A DNA stretch of 63,737 bases, the filler included. It is 3 parts of 3 records of this genome, joined end to end, with 100 filler letters (N's around TTAATTAATTAA, not from the genome) between each part and the next. Parts side by side here need not be neighbours in the genome. Positions count along the whole stretch, not along the records: positions 1 to 30,033 come from SRR22947727_973; 2 more parts are not named here. One strand, written 5' to 3'. The translations under genes and the position numbers were made by a program. Positions 11,278-21,919 of the stretch are shown piece after piece (position 1 is the stretch's first letter; each line of letters begins with the position of its first letter). The notes under the pieces are model-generated. The model was not told the origin of the DNA. It saw nothing but the letters and a program-made list of their open reading frames with translations, and did not search any database.

Positions 11278-12507
11278 TTAGTTAGATACAGATTCACCAA
11301 CTGCAACATATTCTTGTCCCGTTACAATTAGATTAACTTTATCAGGTAGGCCCGAAACCCAAATTCCGTCTATAGTATCTTTGACTGAGGTAGTTGGATA
11401 AAAGATTACAATATTTTCATCGTTAACAGCTTTTACTCCAACAGTCCCATCATCCTGAAGAGTTAATATTGATGGAGGTATTTTGTGTGCTTTTAATTCA
11501 GATCCAGCTATCGTTATTTTTGTCGTGATACCACTCTTAAAAGACAAGTCTGCATTTTCAGCTTCAATTGTAATTTCAAAAGTTCTTGTACTTGTTTCAG
11601 CTGATGGTGAAATAAAAGAAATAATACCATTCTTTTTAATACCATTAGTATTTTCAATAACAGCTTTCGTACCCAGACTTACTTTATTTACATCGAACTC
11701 GGATAGGTAGCCTTGTATTTTAATAGGATTTAAATCAATAATGGTAAACATTACATTACCAGGAGTTATGTATTCACTTTCTTCAATCATTTTATCCGAG
11801 ATAATTCCTGAAAAAGGTGAGTTTATTAAAGTATTATTTATATCAAGCTCAATATTCTTTAGTTGAGATTTTACACTGGCTATTTGAGCTTCAAAACTAG
11901 ATTGCTGAGATTCAAAGTTAATCAGAATATCTTCCTGATCAGCTCTTGCATTTGCTAAGTTGAAAGATGCTAAACTTAATTTTGATTTTGAACTTAAACC
12001 TTTATCAATAAGTTGTTTTGCAGAAGCAAACTCAATTTCATAAAGCTTAATTAATTCTTTGTTTTGAGATAATCTATTGATTTTATTTTTTTCATTTAGT
12101 TCTAGTTCTTTATTAAGTCTTTGAATATCTTTTTTTGCACTGGTTAATAATTCTTTTCTATTTTCTATTGATATTTTGATTAATTCATCACCTTTTAAAA
12201 CTTTATCACCTCTTTTAAAAGCTATGTTAGTAATGTTGCCAGTTGTTTTAGATTTAACATCAATTTTTTTATTATGAGTTGTTTGACCTTGAAGTTCAAT
12301 AGACTGATCTATTTGGTTGAAATTGAATTCTTTAATTTCAACTTTGTTTCCGTTTTCTTCAATTATAACTTTTTCAACTGACTCAGTATTTATCTCTGTA
12401 CTTGAAGTGGTGTCATCCTGCGCATTTACATTAGTGAATTGACCAGATCCTATCCACCCAACTACAACTAAAAGAATAAAGGAAGCTATAAAAATTGATT
12501 TTTTCAT
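11278..12507 (-). CDS. RND periplasmic adaptor (membrane fusion protein)
   Basis: N-terminal anchor, lipoyl halves flanking a coiled coil (INSPFSGII), TRTF motif; directly upstream of the RND gene. Confidence 0.92.
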   Translation of the reverse strand: MKKSIFIASFILLVVVGWIGSGQFTNVNAQDDTTSSTEINTESVEKVIIEENGNKVEIKEFNFNQIDQSIELQGQTTHNKKIDVKSKTTGNITNIAFKRGDKVLKGDELIKISIENRKELLTSAKKDIQRLNKELELNEKNKINRLSQNKELIKLYEIEFASAKQLIDKGLSSKSKLSLASFNLANARADQEDILINFESQQSSFEAQIASVKSQLKNIELDINNTLINSPFSGIISDKMIEESEYITPGNVMFTIIDLNPIKIQGYLSEFDVNKVSLGTKAVIENTNGIKKNGIISFISPSAETSTRTFEITIEAENADLSFKSGITTKITIAGSELKAHKIPPSILTLQDDGTVGVKAVNDENIVIFYPTTSVKDTIDGIWVSGLPDKVNLIVTGQEYVAVGESVSN

Positions 12508-12597
12508 AATATTTTAATGAGTGTTATATATATTAACAATCTAGTTTATATAAGAGTTTACTTATAAAAAACAATAGTCTTTGACTGGAATGGATAA

Positions 12598-13188
12598 ATG
12601 AAATCAAAAGATTGGTTAAATCGCAATAAAAGAGACTTCTATGTTAAAAAAGCAAAGAAACAAGGATATCTCAGTAGAGCTGCTTATAAACTTATAGAAA
12701 TAGAAAATAAATTTCATTTTATAGCTAATTCAAAAAAAATATTAGAATTAGGAGCCTCACCTGGTGGCTGGAGTCAAGTTGCTTTAGAAATAAATCCAAA
12801 AATAGAAATTACTGCAATAGATATTTTAGATCTTAAAATAAATCATCCGCAAATTAATTTTTATAAAGATGATTTCTTAAGTTTTGATTATAGTAAAAAA
12901 GAAAATTATTATGATTTAATACTCTCAGATATTGCTCCAAATACTACTGGTCATCAATCAACAGATCATTTAAGAATAGCCACAATGCTATTTGATATAA
13001 TTGAGCTTCTTGAAAAAGTCCTAGTTACTGATGGGTCATTCATAACTAAAATCTGGAAGGGCAGTGAAGAAAAGGAAATGATTAATAAACTTAAGAAAAA
13101 ATTTAAATTTGTCTCATATTTTAAACCAGACTCATCAAGAAAAGATTCTGCTGAAATTTTTATTATTGCAAGAGAGTTTATTAAATAA
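12598..13188 (+). CDS. rlmE: 23S rRNA Um2552 2'-O-methyltransferase
   Basis: YLSRAAYKLIEI, LGASPGGWSQ, SDIAPNTTG, KPDSSRKDSAE. Confidence 0.96.
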   Translation: MKSKDWLNRNKRDFYVKKAKKQGYLSRAAYKLIEIENKFHFIANSKKILELGASPGGWSQVALEINPKIEITAIDILDLKINHPQINFYKDDFLSFDYSKKENYYDLILSDIAPNTTGHQSTDHLRIATMLFDIIELLEKVLVTDGSFITKIWKGSEEKEMINKLKKKFKFVSYFKPDSSRKDSAEIFIIAREFIK

Positions 13189-13191
13189 GAA

Positions 13192-14739
13192 ATGTTAGCT
13201 AGTGAAACAATTCTAATTATTGACTATGGATCGCAATACACTCAATTAATTGCAAGAAAAATAAGAGAACAAAATGTTTATTGTTTAGTTCATCCTTATA
13301 ATAAGATTGGATCGAAAGTTTTAATAAATAAAAACTTATCTGGAATTATATTATCTGGTGGTCCAAATTCAGTTAATGATAAAAAATCACCTAAATTAGA
13401 TGAAAAAATACTCTCATTAAAAATTCCTGTACTAGGCATCTGTTATGGATTGCAATTACTTTGCAAGGAATTTGGGGGGGAAATTGAACAATCAAGTTCG
13501 AGAGAGTACGGTCATTCATTAATAAATCATAAAAATAAATCTTTATTATTTAATGGTGTAAAAAAGACTAGCCAAGTTTGGATGTCTCATGGTGATCATA
13601 TAGAAAAAGAGCCAAATGGTTTTATTGTAACTTCATTTTCTAATAAAAGTGTAATCTCTTCTATTGAAAATAAAAAGAAGATGATATTTGGGTTACAATT
13701 TCATCCTGAAGTTTATCATTCCTTAGATGGAAAGAAAATATTGTCTAATTTTCTGTTCAACATATGTAAAATTTCTACAAAATTTAAGCTTGAAGATTTT
13801 CTTTTGAATAAAATTAATGAACTAAATAACAAATTAAAAAACAAAAAAGTAATTTGTGGATTATCAGGTGGTGTTGACTCCACTGTAACTTCTTTTTTAT
13901 TACATAGGGCTATAAAAAATAACCTATACTGTATTTTTGTTGATCATGGGCTTTTAAGACATAATGAATCTAAGGAAGTAGTATCAATTTTTAAAAAAAA
14001 ATTTAGAAAAAATTTTATACGTGTTGATGCGTCAAATATTTTTTTATCAAAATTAAAAAATATAAGAGATCCAGAGAAAAAAAGAAAAATTATTGGAAAA
14101 ACATTTATTGAAGTTTTTGAAAAAGAAGCAAAAAAAATTAAAAATGTAGAATTCCTTGCTCAAGGTACTTTATATCCAGACATAATTGAGAGTATTCCTT
14201 TTTTTGGTGGTCCAACAGCTAAAATAAAAAGTCATCATAATGTAGGGGGCCTTCCTAAGAAAATGAATTTAAAAATTGTCGAACCGCTTAAAGAGTTGTT
14301 TAAAGATGAGGTGAGGCTATTAGGAAAAAAACTAGGTATCAGCCCAGATCTATTAAACAGACATCCTTTTCCAGGCCCTGGATTAGCTATTCGGATACCT
14401 GGAGCTATAGATAGAAAAAAAATTGATATATTACAAAGAGTCGACCACCATTTTATAACCTACTTAAATGAAAAGAATATTTATAAAAAAATTTGGCAAG
14501 CTTTTGCGATCTTACTGCCAGTAAAGTCTGTTGGCGTAATGGGTGATGAGAGAACATACAGCTATTCTATCGCTATTAGAGCAGTAACGTCGGTTGATGG
14601 AATGACTGCTGATTTTTATATGTTTAGTAAAGAGGATTTAACTGAAATTTCTAAAAGTATAATAAGCAACGTTAAAGAAGTAAATAGAGTTCTTTACGAC
14701 TTTACTTCAAAGCCTCCTGGTACTATTGAGTGGGAATAA
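13192..14739 (+). CDS. guaA: GMP synthase (glutamine-hydrolysing)
   Basis: DYGSQYTQLIAR, GICYGLQ, QFHPE, SGGVDS, KSHHNVGG, KPPGTIEWE. Confidence 0.99.
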   Translation: MLASETILIIDYGSQYTQLIARKIREQNVYCLVHPYNKIGSKVLINKNLSGIILSGGPNSVNDKKSPKLDEKILSLKIPVLGICYGLQLLCKEFGGEIEQSSSREYGHSLINHKNKSLLFNGVKKTSQVWMSHGDHIEKEPNGFIVTSFSNKSVISSIENKKKMIFGLQFHPEVYHSLDGKKILSNFLFNICKISTKFKLEDFLLNKINELNNKLKNKKVICGLSGGVDSTVTSFLLHRAIKNNLYCIFVDHGLLRHNESKEVVSIFKKKFRKNFIRVDASNIFLSKLKNIRDPEKKRKIIGKTFIEVFEKEAKKIKNVEFLAQGTLYPDIIESIPFFGGPTAKIKSHHNVGGLPKKMNLKIVEPLKELFKDEVRLLGKKLGISPDLLNRHPFPGPGLAIRIPGAIDRKKIDILQRVDHHFITYLNEKNIYKKIWQAFAILLPVKSVGVMGDERTYSYSIAIRAVTSVDGMTADFYMFSKEDLTEISKSIISNVKEVNRVLYDFTSKPPGTIEWE

Positions 14740-14743
14740 CAAC

Positions 14744-15076
14744 TTAATTAATCACAATGAATAATTGTGATCTTCTGATTGATAATAATAGTTTATCTAT
14801 ATCTTCGAATTTACTATTTTTTTTATTAATAAAAAGTTGGAAAAGAGTTTTCTTTTTCTTTTTTGCTTTATATTTTTTTAAGACACAATCAGGTGAGGCA
14901 TGTGTATGTTTAAAGAATGAAAAAATTGCTTCATTTGAATTAAAATTTAAAGCATAATCTTTCCAGTTGCCATTTGATACGCCAATTGAATAGCAATTGA
15001 GAATTTTACTTAATTCTGATTTTGAAAAATATAGTTTATGATTGTTTGAAATGGAAGTAGGTGATACTGAATCCAT
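14744..15076 (-). CDS. DUF2794-like protein
   Basis: FSKSELSKILNCYSIGVSNGNWKDYAL...AIFSFF resembles alphaproteobacterial DUF2794. Start moved to ATG 15076 to avoid overlap with the divergent gene. Confidence 0.7.
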   Translation of the reverse strand: MDSVSPTSISNNHKLYFSKSELSKILNCYSIGVSNGNWKDYALNFNSNEAIFSFFKHTHASPDCVLKKYKAKKKKKTLFQLFINKKNSKFEDIDKLLLSIRRSQLFIVIN

Positions 15077-15101
15077 AAAAATTAATATATTAAAAAAAAA
15101 C

Positions 15102-15650
15102 ATGCCTGTAAATGCTACAAATGATAAATTTGGTTGGATAGCTCCTGATTTTAATCTTTTAGACGTAAGTGGTATAAAACTATCACTAAATGAGATATCA
15201 GGCTCTAATGGGACGGTTATCGCCTTTATTTGTAATCACTGTCCTTACGTTATTGCTATTGCTGAAAGACTTGGCAAAGAAGCTAAAGAATTGAGTAAAT
15301 TATCAATTAATACAATCGCAATAATGTCTAATGATGTAATACAATATCCAGACGATTCATTTGAAAATATGAAATTATTTGCAAAAAATTACGATTTTTT
15401 ATTTCCTTATCTTTTTGACGAGTCACAAGAGGTGGCAAAACAATACGGCGCTGTTTGTACCCCTGATATTTTTGGATTTAATAACAAAAATTTATTATGT
15501 TATAGAGGGAGAATAGACTCTGGAGTAATGAATTCTGACCAAAAAAAAATTGATAGAGAGCTATACAACGCTATGGTAAAAATAAAAAATGATGGTATTG
15601 GACCAGATAAACAATTAAATAGTTTTGGCTGTTCGATCAAGTGGAAATAA
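15102..15650 (+). CDS. Thioredoxin-fold, AhpC/TSA-like redoxin
   Basis: APDFNL, FICNHCPYV (CxxC), GAVCTPD, YRGRID, terminal GCSIKWK. Likely start ATG 15102. Confidence 0.9.
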   Translation: MPVNATNDKFGWIAPDFNLLDVSGIKLSLNEISGSNGTVIAFICNHCPYVIAIAERLGKEAKELSKLSINTIAIMSNDVIQYPDDSFENMKLFAKNYDFLFPYLFDESQEVAKQYGAVCTPDIFGFNNKNLLCYRGRIDSGVMNSDQKKIDRELYNAMVKIKNDGIGPDKQLNSFGCSIKWK

Positions 15651-15651
15651 A

Positions 15652-16326
15652 ATGAATGATAAAGTAATTAATAAGAAAAGCTTTTTATCTCAAGTAACTG
15701 AAATTATAAAAACTAACTTAAGAAATATTATAATACTTCTCTCTTTTTGTTTTGTATTATTTTTGGCTTTTCAAATTTATTCATTCTATATTTCTAATAA
15801 AATTCAAAAAAATAGTATTTCATTTTTTTCTGCGCAAAACACTGATGATAAAAACGTTATAATAGACACAATTACAAAGCTAAGTGATGAGAATACCTTC
15901 TATGGTGTGCTCGCTAAATTAGAGTTAATAGATCTTAATCTTAAACAAAATAATATTCAAGATTCTGTGTCAATGTATCTAGAAGTAATTAATACAAATA
16001 ACCTAGACGCTGTTTACAAATCTGCAATTGCTTCAAAAGCTTCTTATCAATTAATTGATATTAATTTAGAGGATTTATCCTCAGATTACTTAAACATAAT
16101 TAATGATTTTATATCTTATATTGATGATGAGACAGACTCATATAAAGGTATAAAATTAGAACTTGATTATTTAACAAAAATTTTAGAGGCAGAAAAAAAT
16201 AGTATTGATTACTCAAGCTTTAATGAAGTAAATGATATTTATGAAAATATAATGAACTCCGATGTTGTCTCTTCTGCTATAAAAGAAAGAGTTAATAAAA
16301 TTCATGATTTTTACTCTTACAAATAG
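15652..16326 (+). CDS. YfgM-like membrane-anchored helical-repeat protein
   Basis: One N-terminal TM helix, helical body, position upstream of bamB-der. Call rests mainly on synteny; sequence is divergent. Confidence 0.55.
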   Translation: MNDKVINKKSFLSQVTEIIKTNLRNIIILLSFCFVLFLAFQIYSFYISNKIQKNSISFFSAQNTDDKNVIIDTITKLSDENTFYGVLAKLELIDLNLKQNNIQDSVSMYLEVINTNNLDAVYKSAIASKASYQLIDINLEDLSSDYLNIINDFISYIDDETDSYKGIKLELDYLTKILEAEKNSIDYSSFNEVNDIYENIMNSDVVSSAIKERVNKIHDFYSYK

Positions 16327-17482
16327 AAGTTTTTTTTCAATTCTTTTACTCTTGTTTCTTTTTTCCTGCAGTACAAAAACTGTTTATGAAAAAATTAAAC
16401 CCAATACTTATGAAGTCCCATTAGTTGAAAATATTGATGATGAAAAAATAAACATTATTAACACCAGCAATAACCAAATTAATTATGGAAATGAATTATT
16501 ACTAAAAGATTTTAAAAATGAAACAAAATATTTCAATAATATAATAACTGATAATGATGAAATCTATGCATATAAAGATAATAAATTATATAATTTTGAA
16601 TATACTACTGGGGATTTAATTTCTACTCAGGATCTTATTTTATCGAGTGATGAGGATACATTAATTGCTTTTGAATATATTGATAATTCTTTTCTTTTAT
16701 CATTTAAATCTGGATCGATATTTAGATTAAATCAGAATTTTGAATTAATATGGAAGCATGAGTCTAAAAAAAAATTAAATACTCCACCTTTTATATCTAA
16801 TGAGCAAATTATATTATTATACGGTGATGAAATAAAAGGATTACAGTTTGAGGATGGAAGTCAAATATGGTCTGAGACTTATCAAGACATGCCTATTTAT
16901 CAAGCAACAGGCGGTCAAGTAGCAACTTTTTTTAATATTATTTACTTTATTTTACCGAATAACATAATTGGTGCAATTGATTTAAACTTTGGATCTATTC
17001 ATAACTCTAAGTTTGATGACATTCCTTTAATTAGTTCAATAAATAACACAAAAGATAAAATACATACTTATGATAATTACTTAGTTTATATAGATGAAGG
17101 AAAGTATCTATACACCTTTGATATATTCAACGATGAATTTATTCTTTTTAAAAAAAATATTAATTTATTTTCATCAAGTTTTTTATTTAATAATTCCATC
17201 ATCATAAAAGAAGGAAATCATCTTCAAGCTATTAACCTCAGTAATGGTAAGACTTATTGGTTAATAAATGACAATAAAATTTCAAAAAAATCTGAAATAG
17301 TTAATGTAAGAAATTACAAAACAAATATTGAAGTTTTTTTGAGTAATGGTGATGTTTTAACAATAAATAATAAAGAATTAACAAATATCACTAATTTAGA
17401 TATTGGAAAGATAAAAGATGTATCTATTAAAAAGCAAAATATTATTGTTTATGCTAAAAATAAAAAAACTTTAATTTTTTAA
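16304..17482 (+). CDS. BamB-like PQQ-type beta-propeller lipoprotein
   Basis: Lipobox LFSC, repeated ...G..IW/YW blade motifs, position between the yfgM-like gene and der. Confidence 0.65.
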   Translation: MIFTLTNRSFFSILLLLFLFSCSTKTVYEKIKPNTYEVPLVENIDDEKINIINTSNNQINYGNELLLKDFKNETKYFNNIITDNDEIYAYKDNKLYNFEYTTGDLISTQDLILSSDEDTLIAFEYIDNSFLLSFKSGSIFRLNQNFELIWKHESKKKLNTPPFISNEQIILLYGDEIKGLQFEDGSQIWSETYQDMPIYQATGGQVATFFNIIYFILPNNIIGAIDLNFGSIHNSKFDDIPLISSINNTKDKIHTYDNYLVYIDEGKYLYTFDIFNDEFILFKKNINLFSSSFLFNNSIIIKEGNHLQAINLSNGKTYWLINDNKISKKSEIVNVRNYKTNIEVFLSNGDVLTINNKELTNITNLDIGKIKDVSIKKQNIIVYAKNKKTLIF

Positions 17483-17484
17483 AA

Positions 17485-18774
17485 ATGAATTTTTTATTGA
17501 TAGGCAGACCCAATGCTGGGAAATCTTCACTGTACAATATTTTAACCTCTGGAAAAAATAATATAATTCATAAAGAGGAGGGCACCACAAGGGATTGGCA
17601 TAAAAGTAGTGTTAAAGATTTAGAAAATATTTTTATTTATGACACTCCTGGAGTCATAATACAAAATGATAAAATTGATAAAGTCCATTTTTCTGACTTA
17701 TTTAATTCAATAGATAAACTGATATATGTTATCGATTTTAAAGAAAAAAATTATGAAAATGAAATTCAATCAATCAACAAATTAAGAAGTTTAAATAAAG
17801 ATATTTTATTAGTAATCAATAAAGATGATAATGATAAAAAAGATTTAGATACAACTTTATTTGGTATTAAAGATGTATTCTATATCTCTTGTGCTCACAA
17901 AATAGGTATTGAAAATATTTATGAGTATTTAGAGCAGTACGAGGATAGAATTGAAAAAAAAATTGAAGACTCTTTTTCAATTGCTATTTTTGGTAAACCT
18001 AATGCAGGAAAAAGTACTTTAGCTAACTCATTAATAGGCTATGACCGCATCCTTACAAGTCCTGTTGCTGGGACTACCTCAGATTTTGTAGAAGATTCAT
18101 ACATTTATAAAAACCAACAGTTTAAAATTTTAGATACTGCAGGGATCTTTAAAAAAAATAAAATTGATAATAATTCAATAAATTTTGAAGCCATTAGAAA
18201 GTCACTAGATATAATCAATAAAATTGATTTAAGTATAATGTTAATTGACTCAAATAACGGATTTGACTCTCAAATAAAAAAAATTTTAAATATGCTTATA
18301 AATAAATCAAGATCTGTGGTGATAGTATTTAACAAAATTGACACTATTGATGATAAAAATGCTTTTATAAAACAATCTAAATTGGAAGTAAAAGAAACCT
18401 ATTCTCAAACAAAAAATCTTTCTATAATTTTTATTTCTGCAAATAATAAATTAAATGTTGATAAGTTAAAATCAACTTTATTTGCAAAATCTAACAGAAT
18501 TGTAAAAAAAATTTCTACTGGCAAACTAAATGCTTGTCTTAAGCGCTCATCATTCGAAAAGCCTCATCCATTAATTAAAGGTAAATCAGTAAAATTCAAA
18601 TATGCAGTTCAGATTTCAACATCACCTTTTACAATTAAAATATTTTCAAATTTTTCTAAAGAAATCAAAAAAAACTACAAAACTTATCTCGTAAATAATT
18701 TTATTAAAACTTTTAAAATTGAAGATACAAAGGTTAACTTAATTTTTAGTTCAGCTAAAAATCCATTTAACTAA
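17485..18774 (+). CDS. der: Ribosome biogenesis GTPase Der (EngA)
   Basis: Two G domains (GRPNAGKS/DTPG/NKDD and GKPNAGKS/DTAG/NKID) and a KH-like C-terminus ending NPF. Confidence 0.96.
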   Translation: MNFLLIGRPNAGKSSLYNILTSGKNNIIHKEEGTTRDWHKSSVKDLENIFIYDTPGVIIQNDKIDKVHFSDLFNSIDKLIYVIDFKEKNYENEIQSINKLRSLNKDILLVINKDDNDKKDLDTTLFGIKDVFYISCAHKIGIENIYEYLEQYEDRIEKKIEDSFSIAIFGKPNAGKSTLANSLIGYDRILTSPVAGTTSDFVEDSYIYKNQQFKILDTAGIFKKNKIDNNSINFEAIRKSLDIINKIDLSIMLIDSNNGFDSQIKKILNMLINKSRSVVIVFNKIDTIDDKNAFIKQSKLEVKETYSQTKNLSIIFISANNKLNVDKLKSTLFAKSNRIVKKISTGKLNACLKRSSFEKPHPLIKGKSVKFKYAVQISTSPFTIKIFSNFSKEIKKNYKTYLVNNFIKTFKIEDTKVNLIFSSAKNPFN

Positions 18775-19312
18775 TATCTTCCTCTTCAACGCCAATAATT
18801 GAATTTAATAAACTGTCATTAAAGTTATCTATTTCAGATAATAAGTAAGAGTTATTTAGTAACCAGTCGTTTAAAAAATTTAATAATTCAAAATTATTAG
18901 TGAAATAAATCATTGTACTAAAAATTATGTAGCTAAATATAAACCCAAATAAAAATCCAAGAACTTTATCAACTAATAGGCCTAATATTTGTTTATCGAT
19001 ATCTGATGAAATGATTTTTTTGATTTTTTTTAAAATAAATAAAGAAATGAGAAAAATTAATGGAATTGATATTAATGTTGCCAGTATGCTTGTAATTTGT
19101 TCATAATTTTTAAAAATATTAATATTAAGTAATTGTGAGTTAAGAAAATCTGATAAATTAGTATAAAAATAAATAGTAATTATTATTGAGCCTAGCCAAG
19201 TTAGTAAGCCTAAAATAGAAGCTGTTATACCTCTCCAAAAACAAAAAATAACTATTAAGCATCCAACTGCTAAAATAATATAATCTAATGGTATAATTAA
19301 TTTTTCTATCAT
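18767..19312 (-). CDS. cvpA: CvpA-family membrane protein
   Basis: LDYIIL...WRG...LGL and DKVLGFLFG motifs, about 4 TM helices. Confidence 0.8.
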   Translation of the reverse strand: MIEKLIIPLDYIILAVGCLIVIFCFWRGITASILGLLTWLGSIIITIYFYTNLSDFLNSQLLNINIFKNYEQITSILATLISIPLIFLISLFILKKIKKIISSDIDKQILGLLVDKVLGFLFGFIFSYIIFSTMIYFTNNFELLNFLNDWLLNNSYLLSEIDNFNDSLLNSIIGVEEEDIS

Positions 19313-21693
19313 TTTTTAAACAACATTATTAAAGATGGTAATAATATTAATACTCCAATCATTGCAAATATCATAGCCATTGATGTAAATATGCCAAAAA
19401 TAACAGTAGGAATAAAGCTTGAAAGACTTAAAATTGAAAATCCAAGAGCTATAGTTACTGATGTTGTAAATACAGCTAAACCAGCACTTCTATTTGTTAA
19501 ATTAATTGCGTTTATCACGTTATTATTTTTATTAAATTCTTTAAAACGATACAAATAATGAATGGTGTTATCTACTGCAATACCAATAGTAATTGCTGCT
19601 ATTGTTATTGTCATTATATCAAGTGGTATAGATAAAAATCCTATAATGCCCAGAATAAAAGAAGAAGCAAAAATATTAGGAATTATAGCAAGTATACTTA
19701 ACTTGATTGACTGAAATAATATTAAAAACATTAAAAATATCAAAATTATAACAAAGCCTAAAGATTTTATCTGAGACTCAAACAAAGAATCCAACATGTT
19801 GTTATAGAGTACAAGTAATCCATTAACTTTGTAATCTTCTAGCGTTGAGTTCTTATTATTATCAATAAAATTTTTAATGTCATTAATAATATTTTTTCTA
19901 TTTATATCCTCAGAATCTTTTATTCTTGCAGTAATTTTTGCCATATTTTCATCAATAACCAGATAAGGATAAATGAGATCCTGCTTATATGTTTCAGGAA
20001 TTTCATTATACAACACTGATAATTCGAATGTATTTAGAGGCACTTTGTTAATTAAATCTGCTAATTCAATTAAAGATATTATTGATTGCACTTTACCAAC
20101 TTCATTTTTGCTCTCTAAATAACGGTGAACAATTGAAATCATTTCTATTTTATCTTTAGTGAACCAAATATCAGATGTATCGCTAGAAAAGATATCTTCA
20201 TCTAAAAATTCATCTTCAAATTCTGAGTCATCAATGCTTTCCTCCTCATCGTCAATTGATATCAAAAGTTCATCACTGGAATTAAAAGTTAAAATTACAT
20301 CCAAAGGAGTAGTGCCACCTAATTCTTCATCAATTAATTTCATCCCTTTGTAAATTTCAGTATTTTTTTTAAAATAATTTACAAAACTATTCTCAACTCC
20401 AAGATTTAATGCACCATATATTGACATAATGAATAAAAAAAAACTTAAAATAATAATTTTCTTAGAATGAGCTGACACTAAAGATATGAAATTAATTTTT
20501 AAAGCAGCTTTATTGGTTTTATGATTAGTATTGATCGAAAAAATTAGAATGCATAATGGAAGAATAGTGAAAGAGCACACCAATGAAATAATAAGAGAAA
20601 TTAACATTATGAAACCAAAATCTATTATTGGCTTTATATCCGTAATAATCAAAGATCCAAAAGCTACCATTGTTGTTAGCGTTGTATACACACAAGGCCA
20701 AAACATGTTTTTTAATGTAACTGATAAGTTATTTTCATTAAACTCAAGTAGCCTGTAGTAATTAATAATATGTATATTCATTGAAATAGATAATATGAAA
20801 ATTAATGCAGAAAAATTTGATGATATTGCCGTTACTTCGATTTGTGAAAGACCTAATACCCCAAAAATTACAATAATTGCATATGAGGAAGTTAATAGGG
20901 AAATTATTACCCATTTTATTTCTCTAAAAATAAAAAATAAAACTCCAATAATTATTAAAACTACTAATATGCTAAATATAATGATATCTTTTTTTACAAA
21001 ATTTATTACATCATTTGCTATCATTTCTACACCCCCTAAATAATAAGAGTGTTTTTTATCCGCCTCATTAATAATTTTTCTAATACTTTTAATTAAGTCG
21101 TTTCTTTTTTCATCATGTAATTTTTTTATTTTAAGATATTTTTTTTTGGTAATAATTGAATTTTTAAAATCTTCTTGTGCTGATATCATCTCTACATTTT
21201 TATTTAGGTAAACAACTATGGAGAAAACATCAGCATCCTCATTTATAAGTTGATCTCTATAAACTGGATTATTTGTAAACTCTTTTATCACATCATTTAT
21301 TTTTAAATCTGTGTTTTTTATATTTTCAATATTTTCAGAACTTAGATTTGCGAGGGATGTGTTATTAAGAAATAGAATAGGGGCGTCAATAAAACTAAAG
21401 ACATGTGAAACAGGTTTTAATTTTACTAATTTTGATGATAGTCTCTCAAAATTATTAATAAAACTCAAATCTATACTTCCCTTTTTTTCTACAGCTAATA
21501 CTAAAAAATTTTCTGATGTAAAAATTTTGTTATAAAAATTAAAATATTTAAATTCCTCATCATTTTGCGCAACAAGAGTGTCAGATGATGCATCTATTCT
21601 AAAATTTTGAATAAAAAAAAATGATAATAATAATAATATCAGAGCACTAAATAAGTAAAAGTTTAATTTCAACTTAGACAAATTTTCTCTCAA
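19309..21693 (-). CDS. MMPL/RND-superfamily exporter
   Basis: Two 6-TM repeats with periplasmic loops; GIAVDNTIH, TTLTTMVAFGSL, GGTTPLDV. Confidence 0.9.
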   Translation of the reverse strand: MRENLSKLKLNFYLFSALILLLLSFFFIQNFRIDASSDTLVAQNDEEFKYFNFYNKIFTSENFLVLAVEKKGSIDLSFINNFERLSSKLVKLKPVSHVFSFIDAPILFLNNTSLANLSSENIENIKNTDLKINDVIKEFTNNPVYRDQLINEDADVFSIVVYLNKNVEMISAQEDFKNSIITKKKYLKIKKLHDEKRNDLIKSIRKIINEADKKHSYYLGGVEMIANDVINFVKKDIIIFSILVVLIIIGVLFFIFREIKWVIISLLTSSYAIIVIFGVLGLSQIEVTAISSNFSALIFILSISMNIHIINYYRLLEFNENNLSVTLKNMFWPCVYTTLTTMVAFGSLIITDIKPIIDFGFIMLISLIISLVCSFTILPLCILIFSINTNHKTNKAALKINFISLVSAHSKKIIILSFFLFIMSIYGALNLGVENSFVNYFKKNTEIYKGMKLIDEELGGTTPLDVILTFNSSDELLISIDDEEESIDDSEFEDEFLDEDIFSSDTSDIWFTKDKIEMISIVHRYLESKNEVGKVQSIISLIELADLINKVPLNTFELSVLYNEIPETYKQDLIYPYLVIDENMAKITARIKDSEDINRKNIINDIKNFIDNNKNSTLEDYKVNGLLVLYNNMLDSLFESQIKSLGFVIILIFLMFLILFQSIKLSILAIIPNIFASSFILGIIGFLSIPLDIMTITIAAITIGIAVDNTIHYLYRFKEFNKNNNVINAINLTNRSAGLAVFTTSVTIALGFSILSLSSFIPTVIFGIFTSMAMIFAMIGVLILLPSLIMLFKK

Positions 21694-21919
21694 CTTTATT
21701 TGTTAAAAAAGTTAATATTTTTTCTCTAATTATTTCAAAATTATACATAAAATGATTATTTAATTTTTTAACATTAACAAAACAAATATAATTTTTTTTT
21801 GACTACAGCTATCTTATTCATATATTATTTTACAATTACATTATATTTTTTATTAATAAAATAATTGTAATTATGAATAATATTTCTTTTTAAAATTTTT
21901 GAAACTACGTTACTTTCAA

